This document shows, in pieces, positions 31,561 through 44,889 of a DNA stretch of 64,000 nt; position 1 is the stretch's first letter, and each line of letters opens with the position of its first letter. This DNA is from the human T2T-CHM13v2.0 reference genome, Homo sapiens: the NCBI RefSeq assembly GCF_009914755.1, contig NC_060929.1; one strand, given 5' to 3'. The translations under genes were made by a program, and so were the position numbers. Below the pieces are notes generated by a model that worked only from the letters and a program-made list of their open reading frames with translations, did no database searches and had not been told where the DNA came from.

Positions 31561-33289
31561 GATGAGTTCCCTTTGATCTCCAGAGTTCTATTCAGGCCAA
31601 ACTTTGTCAATCAGATTCTTAAAAATATGGCTAAGCGAGGCTGAATGAATGAAGACATGTCTTGAATGGTTCTCCTGGGATGCTAGGTAGAATGTAAATA
31701 AAATAGCACAGGATGCTCCATTACTCATGACTCTCCATTTTAGGAAGTCAGTACTCATACTTGAAATGGGCCAGAGCAAAGGAACCCAACTACTTACCAC
31801 AAATGAAAATAGGACCACTGAAGAACAGAAAGAACAGTAAAGGTTACTATGCCGAGAGAGTGAAATCACACATTTTGGAGAGAGATTTATCAACATAAAT
31901 CATCACTTTTTTTTTAGCCAACTCTCAGTTATATGAAATCTCCAGTTAACACAAACTCATATGTGATGGTTTTATTGTGATAATTTCACAACTTTGTAGG
32001 ACTACCTGGAAGACTTCCCTCTCTCTGCTAAAATAAAGCAATAAAAGTTTTATTACAGGTGGAGAAGAATTTCCTGAATAGTAAGTCAGGACTAGAATAG
32101 AGGACTCTACCCACAGAAGTAAAGATTTCTGCCCTTTGAGACTATTTCCTAATTTATGACTTCATGTCCAAGTCTGTAAGACAAAAATAACCAGACTGTT
32201 GAAAGGCAACTCCATCCAGTGTATTTTTAAAAACCTGGCCCATAACCAATCTACCCAGATGCTTCCCAGCTGAATCAATCCAGATGGTTCTTTGAAACAG
32301 CCAAACTGCGCATTTCAGATGTGCCACAAATTTGGATATTGGAGATCTCAGGCTCGTCACTAAATAGGAAATCTGTGATGCCAATTACAGAAGCTCTGAG
32401 ACCATGGGAATTAAGAGGGTAGGGGTAAAATGTCAAGTGATGAGCAGGTGTAATTTTTAACGGAAAAGCAATTCCCCAGCCTTCAATTGAGTTCAGGTAT
32501 TCAACACAGTTTCTTCATTAACATTGTTCCATTTTTATAAAAAATATTGAAATTTTATACTGTCTAAAGAAAAATCTCAGAATACATGCTTTCGCTGTTC
32601 TTGTTTAAGAAGTAACTTCCCAGTGGAAAGAAGATAATGTATAAAACACTTGGTTGTCTTAACAGCCTGTACAAAATAGTTGGGTGTATAGTCAAAAGTT
32701 TGCTTTCTTTAGCATAGCTAGACTAGTAAGGCTAAATGATAACTGTTCTAAACATTTGTTCTCAAAAAAGTCTCACATAAAATAATTTTCTCAACTATCA
32801 AATATAGAAAACATTTATCCATATCAGATAGACCATATTTCATTGCATAGTTACGTAATGCAGGCTTGCAGACAGCTGTGTAACTAGAATTCATCCTAAG
32901 ACAGGCACGTCCTTCCCTTTCAGATCATCAATACATATAGCCTATTGATAATCAAATCTTAGTGTCTTTGAAAAATTCCCCAATAAGTGAGTTTAAACAC
33001 TGGAAGTCTAAGAAATGGGGACAATAAAATATATGGGCAGAAGGCTGAGAAATTTAGTAGAGATCAGATTAAGCACTGGACTCAAGTTCTAGTTGGTTTC
33101 CATGGTGAGAGAAGGACAAAACAGGTTTTAAATAATCCATAGGTGCCTTCAGATGCCAAGTGAAGATGCCCAGTGATGGGCCATAGGCACTCTGCTTGAT
33201 CTCTTCTCTTGGTAGAAGTTCTATTTCCATAGAGGGAAGAACAATGCTAGAGACAAAACAACTCAGGTCACAAAAACTCCCTGAGAAAA

Positions 33290-33485
33290 TTATACAGAAC
33301 TGGGTTCATATACTGACTGTATCAATTATTAGCTCTAGGACTTTGGATATGGCCCTTCACTTCTCTAAGTTTCCATTTTCTCATCTGTAAAAGTGTTGGT
33401 TTTGGAAATTAAGATGCTGATATAAATACTTTAAAGTATACAGTGTTTGATATCAAATAAGTCTCATTAATGTTAGCTGTTTTTT
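33290..33485 (+). mobile_element. MIR
   Basis: CTGGGTTCATATACTGAC...TTTTCTCATCTGTAAAA...AATGTTAGCTG. Confidence 0.75.
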
Positions 33486-33534
33486 ATTATAGTCTAAGGA
33501 AATAAACAGCATAGATAAACCAAAAAATAAATCA

Positions 33535-33810
33535 TGCGGTGGCTCACACCTGTAATCTCAGGACTTTGGGAGGCCGAGGCAAATAGATTGCTTGAGCCCA
33601 GGAGTTCGAGACTAGCTTGGGCAGCATGGCAAAACCCCATCTCTGCAAAAAATTAGCTGGGCATGGTGGTGTGCACCTGTAGCCCCAGATACTCATGAGG
33701 CTTAAGTGGGAGGATTGCTTGAGCCCAGGAATTGGAGGTTACAGTGAGCCAAGATCATGCCACTGCACTCCAGCCTGGGCAACAGAGTGAGACCCTATCT
33801 CAAAAAAATA
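33535..33810 (+). mobile_element. AluJ
   Basis: GATTGCTTGAGCCCAGGAG in both arms; GACCCTATCTC end. Confidence 0.9.
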
Positions 33811-36429
33811 TTAAGAAAAACATTCAAACTAATATTATGGATTTTTCAATTGCATAACAGCACTATTTCTGAAAATGCTATAGTTCCTTCAAATACTGTA
33901 GGGAATAGAATCGCATGGAAAAGCCACGTAGTGCTAGAAAGCATATAGCTCTCTCAATACTTACAGTCTGAAATTTTCTTAGTAGCTATTAATATTATTT
34001 TATCACTGGGCCAAATTTGTTGACAAACAATTGTCTTAACATTCCAGGGGGCCTACAGAGATAAGATGATTAAATCTACTGTGGATTCATTCTTAGCTCC
34101 CTAATTTGCAAATTTAATAACTTTTGGTTGAATACCACCAACTTTAGGCTGGTAGTGCAAAGATGGTGCAACTATAAACAGCTTCTGCCGTGAGACACAG
34201 TTCAATCCTGTCAACTAGAGCTGTTCTTGTTTAACCCATAACTATTTGAATTCTAAATTCTGTATTTTCCTTTGCATGTGTGGAATCTCTCTTACATGGA
34301 ATTGAATACATGTAACATGTTTTTTCTTTTCCTTTATCTTAGCTCTATTCCTTGGACTAGTCCTTCATTCATAGGTCAATTAAGTTTTTAATAAACCACA
34401 CATACCGAAAACAATAGGAAAACTCTTACAAGGCAATATTTGTAACATGTTACGGTTCTAATAGCACATACACTTATATAATGCCCCATTTACTAATGGG
34501 GGATCTGAGGTCCAGAAAAGACCAGGTTACATAGGAGCAGGGGAAGGGAATTATTATTCAGGTCCTGGTGTTCTGACTCTATGGCGTTTTTTTCTATTTC
34601 ACCATTCTGCCCAAATATTATGACCTGAGGAATTAGGATGGGGAGAATCAGGGAAAAGTACTGAGCAAAAACAAGTCTCAAAGGCAGTGATAAACAAGAA
34701 ATGGGCCAGGAGTGGTCATGAGGGTATTTTCAACCAGGTACAGCCACACATATCCTAGTTTATGGATTAAAAACTCAGGCCTTGAATTTTGAGGCGGAAA
34801 AGCGTAAGTCTGTCATTTGGCTCTTTCATCCTTACGATGGTAATGTTATTTTCTAGCACAGAATGCTTTTCTGCATGGTGGGTGGGCTGGCCACAGTGCC
34901 TAATTTAATCTTCCACTGAATATATTTCCTCAAATATAGTATCTTTGTTGACAGTTATTAAATGCCTGGTTGACTACAGACATCAAAGAATTGAGGAACA
35001 CACATTAGGTGCTGCAGATTCATTTAGCAATCAAAGAGAACTGCTGGATAAATAACGACCAGAGTAGATTTATTTTCAGGATGAATGGCCAGTTGCTATG
35101 TGAATTGCAATTCCTGCATATGTCCTCTTCATCAGCTTGCCAGAACACTCCAGAGGCACTCGTTTGAGGCCTTTCAGAGATTGGTTTTTAAATTCTTACT
35201 GCTGCTTAACCAACAGTTCTTTCAGATGCCAAAATGAATTTTCCTCGCTCACATCATTCCTCCACTATACGTTTAGTTTTTTTCACTATCTTAGCTGGCG
35301 TGGCATCTGTTACTTGAGAAATTCCTAAAAAGGGGGATTTTTCAATCCTCTCGCCTCTTCTTTCCCAATCTCTAGGGCGACCAGGCAAGTTCGCATGGAA
35401 CCACACTCTTTGCTCTGCGGCTGTTCTTCTAAGCTGAAGTGTGCCTGGGAGTTTCACATTCCCAAGTCTCTACCTCCTCATTCTTTGTGTAGGCCTTCCA
35501 CTGGTCAGTATTTTAGGGAAGATTGAGTCATACTGGTGACACAAGTGAATTTCATCTTATACCATCTTAATCCTAAACAATGATCCATATCTAGTAGAGG
35601 AGAAAACACAAATGCCTGCAGGCGCATGAAATGTAGCAAAAAAAAAAAAAAAAAAAAAAGAATCTGAGACTGGTGAGGCCAGTGGTGAAGAGGGGAGGAC
35701 ATACCTTGTCTAATGGCATTCTCATTGCTCATCATTATCAAGACTTTTTTTTTTTTTTTGAAGGACAACTCTTTCAAGCCAAATTTAAAACACCGGTGGG
35801 GCAGATTGGATCTTGGTCTCCCATTTGTAACTTCTTATTTACTTCTTTGTAATTTTCAAAGCAGTATCACAGTATGTGCATTTGATTCCCAGGGCAACTT
35901 AAAGAGAGATGGTAATGATTAGTTCTTATGCAAATGAGAGAACACAGCTTAGAGACTTAAAGGAGACCAGGGAAGAGTTAGGGCTCAAACCCAAGCCTTT
36001 TCTCTGCAACCCCAGAGAAAAGGAGTTGCACTCTTCATTACACTATGCCTATTTTTCCTCCTCTCTACTCCAGCTTTTCTGTCTAGGTAATCAGGGCCCC
36101 ATTTATCTCCTAGTCATTCAGGGATACTATATTGATTCTAAGTCTGGGGTCTCAACAATTTCCATTTTTCCCTCAAGAACTTTTATGCCTGCTGTGACAT
36201 TTTAGAATGCCTGTTAATGTGTTTGCCTATCAGTGAGTAATTCTAGGTGAGTAATCAGATAGGCTAAGAGTTTTAGGCATCACAATGCTGGAGTTCCTGT
36301 GTCAACTGTTTTTGAGAGAATTAACAGGAGTTGGTATTTTTTTCACTGAACAAACATTATTAGCATACTTAACATCATCTGATAGTTTTCTAAAAAGGGA
36401 GTTTAATTTCCCTTTCGCTTAGAAACTGC

Positions 36430-36670
36430 AAATAATAATAAGTGCAGAGTACAAACTTTGTGGGCCAGAAAATTTTGGTTCAAACTATAGAACCACCACT
36501 CTCAAGCAATGTGACTTTGGCAGCAAATCCTTTCAACTGCTTACACCGAAGTTTCCTCATCCATAAAATGGATAGTAATACTAGCTAACTGAATGTTCTA
36601 AGAACAAAATGCGATAATGCATGTAAAGCATTTGATACAAATACAATAAGGTCTTTGGTAGATTTAATAA
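36430..36670 (+). mobile_element. MIR
   Basis: GTTTCCTCATCCATAAAATGG...GATAATGCATGTAAAGCATTT. Confidence 0.75.
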
Positions 36671-38399
36671 CATAACCCAGGCAGAATGTGCAAGAGATAT
36701 TTCAAGACCAAGTCCATCAGATTACAAAGAATGCCATCTTTCCTTTTTCCATTGTTTTCTCTCAAGCCAAGCTCTGAGTCAATTAGAGACAGAAGCACTC
36801 TCCTGCCCACCATGGTCTACAAGTAGCCCCCATATAACTCATTGTTTGCTCTCTGACCCTGGTAATATAAATTTGACCCCAGATGGTATGAATATACAAT
36901 TGTGTATAAGAAAGAAGCAGATTACATTTGTCTGACACTTATCTCTGTACTATAGCCAATTTTCTAATTGATGTGATGCTTTTTTAAAAGTAAATCATAG
37001 TCTCTTTTTACTTAAGCATGTTCAAACTTGTTGCGAAAAGCAAAATATTCCTCCTAGTATGGAGTGAAAAAGCAGTCTGTAAACACAGATCTTCCAACGT
37101 TCAAAAGGAAAGAAAGGGTGTGACTGAATTGCAAAATTATAAGGAACGTTAGGGAAATGTAAGCCAGAACTGTGAGGGGAACAGCTGAGAAGGGAAAGGG
37201 TGGGAGGAGTATTGATATAAGTGAAGTCAATTTTCAACAGAATAATAACAAATAAGATGGTTTAATAAGAATAAGAAATCATCCAGATAATGGCATGTTG
37301 GTATGTGACCTCCTCTGGTAGTAAAGGAATACATTAAATCAATCAGTTAACAAACAAATAAGTGCAAGCACATGACTCCAGGCATAGGTAATGGTTTACT
37401 GGATAGCTGTGGACAAGGTCATTATTCCTACTGTGAGTAAAGTCAATAAAATCACTACTGAATGGCTGCTTGGCTGCAATGTAATAGGCAGACCCACTCA
37501 GGGCAGATTCTGAAGGATCTGTTTTACAGCACCTCCTTCCAACTCAACTCCCATCTAAAAAACCTCTCTTAGATTTCAGTGAGCCAGATACATGGGTAGA
37601 AGTGTGCTTCAGAATCCTCCCTGAAGGGAGATTCCATCACACAATACTTCCCTTCAAGCCACTGCTTGAATAAGATCATCTTGCCATTGCTTCTCAGACG
37701 GTCATTGTTCAAGGCACCCAGCAGTACTATTTTTGTTTTTTTCCTTGTTCCTGAGTTTTTGCCAGAACAATGCAAATGGAGTTATATGTCCCCTGCCATG
37801 GCATGGTATTTGCCACTTGGAAGGTGAGGTGGGCTCCCAGCTTGGTTGACCTATTACTTCTATCCCTAGTTACAAAGTCCTTGTCACTCAGATCTGAGAT
37901 TGAGACATAACTGTCACTTTACTATTTGGCAAAATATTTTACTTTTCCAAGCCTATTTCATGACCTACAATGAGGATAAGGTTGTTCTAGTCCCAAAGGT
38001 TAGGAAAGTTAACATTTATACAATTCTTAGCATTGGTTAGCATACTTTGAGTGCTGAACCTGTTGTCAATTTACTTCAAACTTAATCATGAAAAATCTCA
38101 TAGAAGTTAATTGTGACACTTAAAGGTATATTATTTCATTTGAGAAGAAAAAATCTGTTAGGTTTATTTTGAGGAATTACTTAGAATGGATGCATTTTGA
38201 GAGGAATATAGTGATCAAGAAAAATAATGAAGCCATTGACCTTAAATATACTCTTGGACTGATAGACTAATGACTAATTTTTTTTTAACTTTTACAATTA
38301 GAAAACTAGAAGGTTAGATAATTTTTAAAGGCTGTGTCACCACAAATTTATCTCTAAATCCCAGAGTAAGAAACTGTATCAAAGATTCTTAATATGCTC

Positions 38400-38960
38400 A
38401 GCAAAGACATCTTTAAGAGGACTCTAGTCTAATTCAATCCCAGTGCTTGAATTTTTCCACATTAACTCTTTCTGCTTTTATATCTTAGATGGTAGGGGAC
38501 TTGCTATCTCCTCAAGACTCTTAATTCTCTTCTGAACTTGAATGTCTTCAACTACTCTATTTAAACACACTATATGAAAGACATTTCTGACTCCCTGCAA
38601 CTTCCAGAAATTTAATTCTTGTTGTCACAATGTACATAACAAGTCTTTCCTTAACAAGACAGTCCCTTCATTTGATTCAAAGAGGGTATCACAGACCTTA
38701 GAATCTTTTCTTTCTAGTTAAATAACCTTCAGTTGTTCAATTATACTCCATGGCTGATAGTTTTAAAATCTTTTTTTTTCCTCTTGGTAATATTCCTCTC
38801 AAAACACTAACTTGGTGGTATGGTGTCCTTCTTAATGAATAGCACCCAGAAACATTCCACATGCTTATAATCTGAATTCTACATCTCATGTTCTCATAAT
38901 CACAATTGCATGTCAAATTGTTTCAACCTTTATTCCACATAAGCTCCTGCCAGGCCACAT
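38400..38960 (-). mobile_element. Possible L3/CR1 relic
   Basis: Weak resemblance only (GATGGTAGGGGACTTGCTATCTCC; GCACCCAGAAAC). Confidence 0.35.
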
Positions 38961-39919
38961 TGCCTAGGTCCACTATGTGTATTTCCTATGTGTATATTTG
39001 TTTAAATCTTATATTTAAGACATACACACAAACTAATATGTCAGTTAGTCTGGAGATAATTTTCATCTGTTTTTTTTCCCCAAGAAGAATACTTGCTCAT
39101 CTTGATAGATAATATTTTTGCACTGTGAAAAGAGGTTAGGTTCTGTCCCATTAGGCAAGGTATTTAAATTCGCTTAAACTCTCAGCTCTTAGGTAAAATG
39201 GGCATAATACTAAGACGTGAAGATTTAAAGAGTTATAAAATAATGATGGTACATGGTGACTTCCAGAGAATCAGAATTTGCAACCCCTCAAGTAAATCAG
39301 ATTTTCTTTTTTCATAATCTACACGTCTCAGAAGCACTTTGTGTCTACTTATATTACATTCCTAGAAGGAAACTGGTTACCAACCTCTACAAAATAACCT
39401 TAGTCTTATACTTCAAGCCTTCATCATCCTGCAGAGGTTAAATTAACAGTTGCTTTGACATTCATTCTTTGACCTCACAGTTTTCAGGGCACATGAACCT
39501 CCAAGAGAAAGGAAATAGGTAGGAGTCATCGGAAATTTTATCTTTGGTCTTTTTAGGCAATGTAATTCTTTTTATTTTTCTTAAAATTTAGGGAGGATTT
39601 TAAAAAGTTATCAGATAGAAATAGAGCCATCTCTTTAATTGTAGAAAATTGTAGTTCATCTACATATAAACTATTTTAAGTGAAGAGATTGCTTTCTGGA
39701 AATGAATAGTCCTGATGTGGATTGAAATTTAGGAGTTTGCATTTTAGCTTTGCTATGCAATTAGGCAGTATAATTGTCTACTGTAGCTAAAATTCTATAT
39801 TTTATATTGTTTTGCTTCAGATTGCTGGACCAGTTCATGATTCCTTATGCGAAATGAGGTTTCACATATGTTATAATGACAAATTATGATTTTTGTATGT
39901 TTACAATACTTAATTTTAT

Positions 39920-40220
39920 AAATTATTTTTTATCGACAAATTAAAACTGTATTTATGGTATACAACATGTTTTGATATACGTATATACTGTGGAAAGGCC
40001 AGATCCATCTAATTAACATATGCATTACCTCACATATTTGTCATTTATTTTGGTATTAAGAATTCTTAAAATCTACTCTTTTAGCAATTTCCAAGTATGT
40101 AATGTATTGTCAGTAATTGTAGTCACCCTGATGCACAATAGATCTCTTAAACTTATTCCTCCTGTCTAACTGAAATTTTGTATCCTTGACCAATATTTTC
40201 CCAATCTTTAAACCCCAATA
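39920..40220 (-). mobile_element. L1MA (L1MA7-9-like) 3' end
   Basis: CTAATTAACATATGCATTACCTCACATA...CTTAAAATCTACTCTTTTAGCAATTTCCAAG...CTTATTCCTCCTGTCTAACTGAAATTTTG. Confidence 0.85.
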
Positions 40221-40859
40221 CCATGTATTTTAATAATGTTTACTTACCCTTTGGAAGTGAAGATATATTTTTCTATTTTATACCTGAGCAAACTGAGGCT
40301 ACTCTAATTTTATAAACTAGGATGGAAGCTATCATTTCTTCTTCTAAGGGAGAAACACAGTAACAATAATGACTATTAAATAAATGAAATAGTAATTAAA
40401 ACAGTATGACCTTATTATAATGCAAGGATGACAGAAGTATTTAAATGCTAAGAGGACATTTGCCTTGGGGAGTAAGGACTGGTTGCTGTGAACCCTTCTG
40501 TCCCCATCCGTAATAAATATAACAACAATTCTATAAAAGGGGTTTAAAAAAGTTATTTGTGGTATGAAACTGAGCAGACAGACATTTGGATTTGCATTGT
40601 ACCATGATTAAACTCCTTTCTCTTAGCTGAAATCACATGTTCCCTTCTCCTCTTTACTAGGCTAGGATTTCTTCAATCTCTTGCTTCATGAATGGCCCTC
40701 AGACAAATTAAAAGCCCGGGAGAATTGCCATATGGATATTTCTAACATAACATGACAAGTTTCATAGGAGATCTACCCTGAAGGCCATCAACATGAGTTG
40801 CCCAGGAAAAGATTTCAAACACTCTGAAGGCAAAAAAGAAACAGTGACCACAGGTGGCA

Positions 40860-41880
40860 TGCCAACCTTTTAAGAGTTGTGGTTATTTAAACTGGGAGAG
40901 GGTTCTGGGCAAGGGATACCTCATTTGGTAGTCGTCAACATATACGTGGTAGTGGTATTTATGTACTACAAATAGATTAGATTAGCAGAATGGCTATTGA
41001 TAGAGAAGCAAAGAGGACCAAGGATTGAGGCTTGGTTTATTCCCATGTTTAGAATCTGGGGAGAAGGGGAGGAAGCAGCACAGGGAGTTAAGTTGGAAGA
41101 GGTAGAAGCTGAACCAGAACAATTGAGGTATCCTGGAAGCCAAGTGAAAAAAATATTTCAGGCTGGGTGCGGGTGGCTCACACCTATAATCCCAGCACTT
41201 TGGGAGGCTGAGGCAGGTGGATCACTTGAGGTCAGGAGTTGGAGATCAGCCTGACCAACATGGTGAAACCCCATCTCTACTAAAAATACAGAAATTAGCC
41301 AGGTGGAGGTTGCAGTGAGCCAAGATCATGCCTGCACTCTAGCCTGGGTGACAGACTGAGACTCTGTCTCAAAAACAAAAAAGTTTCAAGGAGGATCTGC
41401 TTGTTCCAAATGTTACTGATGGGTCAAATGGGATGAAAAAGGAGAATGAAATACTGGGGTTAACAATGTGTGTAGAGCAATAGTGATATTAAAAAGAAAA
41501 AATTTGTTACAAGGGATAGGTGAAAGTCTAATTGGAGTGAGTTAAAGAAAATTGGAGGAGAGGCTTTGGAGAGAGTACCACAGAAAGTCTTTTTAGGAAT
41601 TATACTGTTAAGGGGAACAGAGAAATGGGGCTGCAGCTAGAGAGAAAAGTAGGTTAAAATGAGTTTTGTTATTTTCATTTTGTGTCTTAAAATGAAAAAA
41701 ATTTCATATTTATGATCTGAATGGAAAAGTCCAGTAGAGGTAAGAAATTGATGAGAGAATGTATAAAACTGAAATGACCCTGAGAAGGTGAGAAGTGATG
41801 GCATGTGGTGCACCAGTATAAGGATTGACCAGGTGGGAATTTAGAGTGTGCATGGGAATTCTTACATTGCTTAACTCTGG
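40860..41880 (-). mobile_element. L2 fragment with nested Alu
   Basis: GAGAAGCAAAGAGGACCAAGGATTGAG...GTATCCTGGAAGCCAAGTGAA...GTTTCAAGGAGG. Confidence 0.65.
41161..41382 (+). mobile_element. AluS with about 70 bp deleted from the right arm
   Basis: AATTAGCC joined directly to AGGTGGAGGTTGCAGTG. Confidence 0.9.
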
Positions 41881-42219
41881 AGCACAGTGGCCTGAGTTTG
41901 CCTGCTGCCTTTGCCACTCTTAATGCTAATTTCATTAGGTTTTAGGGAGATTAAATAAATCTACATATACAAAGTATGTAGAACTGTGCCTGGCCCATAG
42001 AAAATGCTTAATAATTAGTAGTTGCTTTTATTCTTCCATCATTTGATGAAAAGTCACATCTTCCAATAACAAAATAGGATGTATTATCAGATTTAGTCTA
42101 TTCCAGGCTAGCACTATCTGTCTCTGCTTCTTTTGAACTCTGCCTAGCAGAAGAGTGAAGATATTCCAAGTCACTCTCCTGGGAGAAGCTAAACGTGGCA
42201 AAAGGATGATGCATATAGT

Positions 42220-42420
42220 CTATTATTCCTACTTGTTTTTTACATGGACTTATTCTAGTAACATTTAATTTTCAATAGCTCTTTAAGATAGATACAATTA
42301 TTGTCCACCTTTGTTAGGTAAGTGATCTGGAAGTCAGAAAGGTTAAATACTTTGCCCGAGGTGACAGTATTAAAGTTGGCTGTGAACCCAAGAAGTCTGA
42401 CTTCACTGCCCTTCTAATTA
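42220..42420 (-). mobile_element. MIR
   Basis: TCAGAAAGGTTAAATACTTTGCCCGAGGTGACAG...GAACCCAAGAAGTCTGAC. Confidence 0.7.
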
Positions 42421-43379
42421 GTCTACAGGTAAGTATTCATAATTTGTATTATACCTTTTTGGTCCAAAGCATTCTTACCTAAATATTACTGTAGTTAGCT
42501 AAGGATACTGAGAAATACATTAAATTAACCATGTCATATCTTTAGCAAAGAAAAGAGTGCACATTAGTCAGTATCAAGTGGAACAGAAGCTTAAGGAGGC
42601 TATTAGGAAGGAATTAAAATAGTGAGTCATGAAACTTTTTCCAAAAGGATCCTATGCCAAAAAAAAGAATTGTGGAATTACCAGGCTATAGCTCAGCATG
42701 GTGAACAAGATTCTCTTCCAGAAAGGTCTGAGGATTAATCAGTTAATCATTTGGTGACATTTAATCAAGAGTCAGAAATCCAATCAATGGCCAACCTATT
42801 GCAACACTGGGGGTACTGGTTTGGCTTCTTGCCTGGATTGTCCAATGTTAATTAGCAATTATCTCAGCTGGATGACCCCTTGCTCCTGGGAAATTTCAAA
42901 AAGAAAAAACTATTTCTAAGTGGAAATTTCACCTTTTGCCTTCATCAGTTGTTATTAGTCAGTATGTTTATTCAGTTTCCAATGTCACATGGACCCATTT
43001 GACAAAAAGATCTGGGATTAGCCCAACAGTTACTTTAATGAGAAGAAAAAATGGAGCTGTCCTGAAGGCAGATGAAAGATTCTCTTTATTTTCATCTCGT
43101 TTTATAACTTTCTTCCTTTCTGTCACTCCAAAAACTGGCCTTATTTTATTAATTTAAGTTCCTTCTGGACTCAATAAAAGAAACCCAGCCCAGAGTCAAG
43201 AATGATTTTTGCTTCAACTCAAAACTCAGTTTTGAATTTTTTTTTTTCAGAATAAAGCCTTACTCAGATTCCTTCAATGATATTTTCTTTTGACTTCCAC
43301 TTCGGAAGGTCTTAGATTCAAATCATGACTTTCCCTCTATGTGTCCACAGGCAAATGACTAAATTCTTTGAGTCTGTTT

Positions 43380-43720
43380 CAGAGGGGAGGGTCAGGAAAA
43401 GCATTTGTGTAGAGGTGTCATGTTAGCTAGGAGCAAAGTGAGCACACACAATGATTATCAAGATTGAGGACATTCCTGGAAAAGTGCTTTGTATCTTGTG
43501 GCTGGAACAAAATGAACCACACAAAGAGTGGTATATGCTGAGGCCAGAGACAGACACGGGCTGACCACACAGGACCTTGTAGATAGGGTGAGGTGTAAGA
43601 GGATTTTACCCAAAATGCAAGTGGAATCTATGGGAGAGTTTTAAGCACTGGAAGGATATGATCTAATTTACGTTACAAAAAATTCTCTTTAGTTTCTGTG
43701 TAGAAGACCAACAGGAGAAA
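43380..43720 (-). mobile_element. L2 fragment
   Basis: GGCTGACCACACAGGACCTTGTAG...GAGAGTTTTAAGCA...GATATGATCTAATTT. Confidence 0.6.
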
Positions 43721-44889
43721 ATGTAAATAGAGTATGTAGCCCAATGTCTGGCTTATAGTATTTGAGAAATGTTAGCTATTGTCATTATTATTATTGTACT
43801 CAGTGAGGGGCACACTCCCTAGGATGGCATGTCAGAATCTTCCCTGAGAGGGGGCTGCATCTCAAACTAGGAATCCCTTAACCCCTAAAGCATGTAGTCA
43901 AGTTCTATAGGAAGAGGTGCTCTTACCAGGGTCCCCTCCACTTTCTCCATTTTCCTGTGGAGTATCATCAATGGCATGGTGTGTGTTGTCCATCTCAAGT
44001 GTGATGAAGGTGAACATAATGTTGAGAACCTTCATGGTTGTATCTAATCTCCCTCTGCAGAATTATGCTGCCACTGGGATTATATCAAACTCAAACTGGT
44101 CTGCAGTTCATTAGAGAACCCATTTCTACACCAAATGGAGGAACATAATATTTGCAGATAAGCACATTTCAAGGAACTCATTAGAACTCCAATTTTAAAA
44201 GCTGCAGCAGTGAAAGCAAGTCAATTTTTATAACATGTATTTATTTGCTGCTGTTAATAATACCAACAAGTGGCCTTGGATGACACTGAAAACATGGAAT
44301 GACATCTTGCAAAACTTCATCTCATTTGACCTTTACAATAATCTGGTAAATTAGGTAAAGTTGGTATGGTGACTTCCACAGGGACAAGGATTGTGTGACA
44401 TGCCCAACCCCACCAAGAGCTCCAACTGTGACCCCTAGTTGTAAATCACTGTAATACTCTTTTCATCATCCTAAATGACTGCTGCCACCACTTGTCTAGT
44501 GTTATGGAGAATAGGAGCATTTTAAAGTGCCATAGAGAATGGGGATTTCTAAAATGTCATAGTAAAAAGCATGCCAGTGTTAATTTAGTATTCTAAAAAG
44601 AGAGCAATTCTGAATGGGCACTCTTAAACAGAAAATGTATGCGTTCGAACATTTTGCAGGGGAAGACTAGATTTCACTTGGAAACCTAATCTGTTTGGAA
44701 TCAACTATATCTCTCAGGCACATGAAAAACCTGCTAGGTTTTGGAGAATAAACTGCCTAGGTGTAGTTTTGTTTTTAACCTATGATTTTCATGAACCTTC
44801 TTAATAAAGATTCTAAAATAAAAGCGGAGCTAACAGTCTGAGGAAATTCTAGGATTTGCAATGGGATTCCTACTTTTAAAATGAACCAC

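Noticed and set aside
35320-35460. NF-kB/STAT-like motifs in unique DNA
   Set aside because: Imperfect matches, expected by chance.
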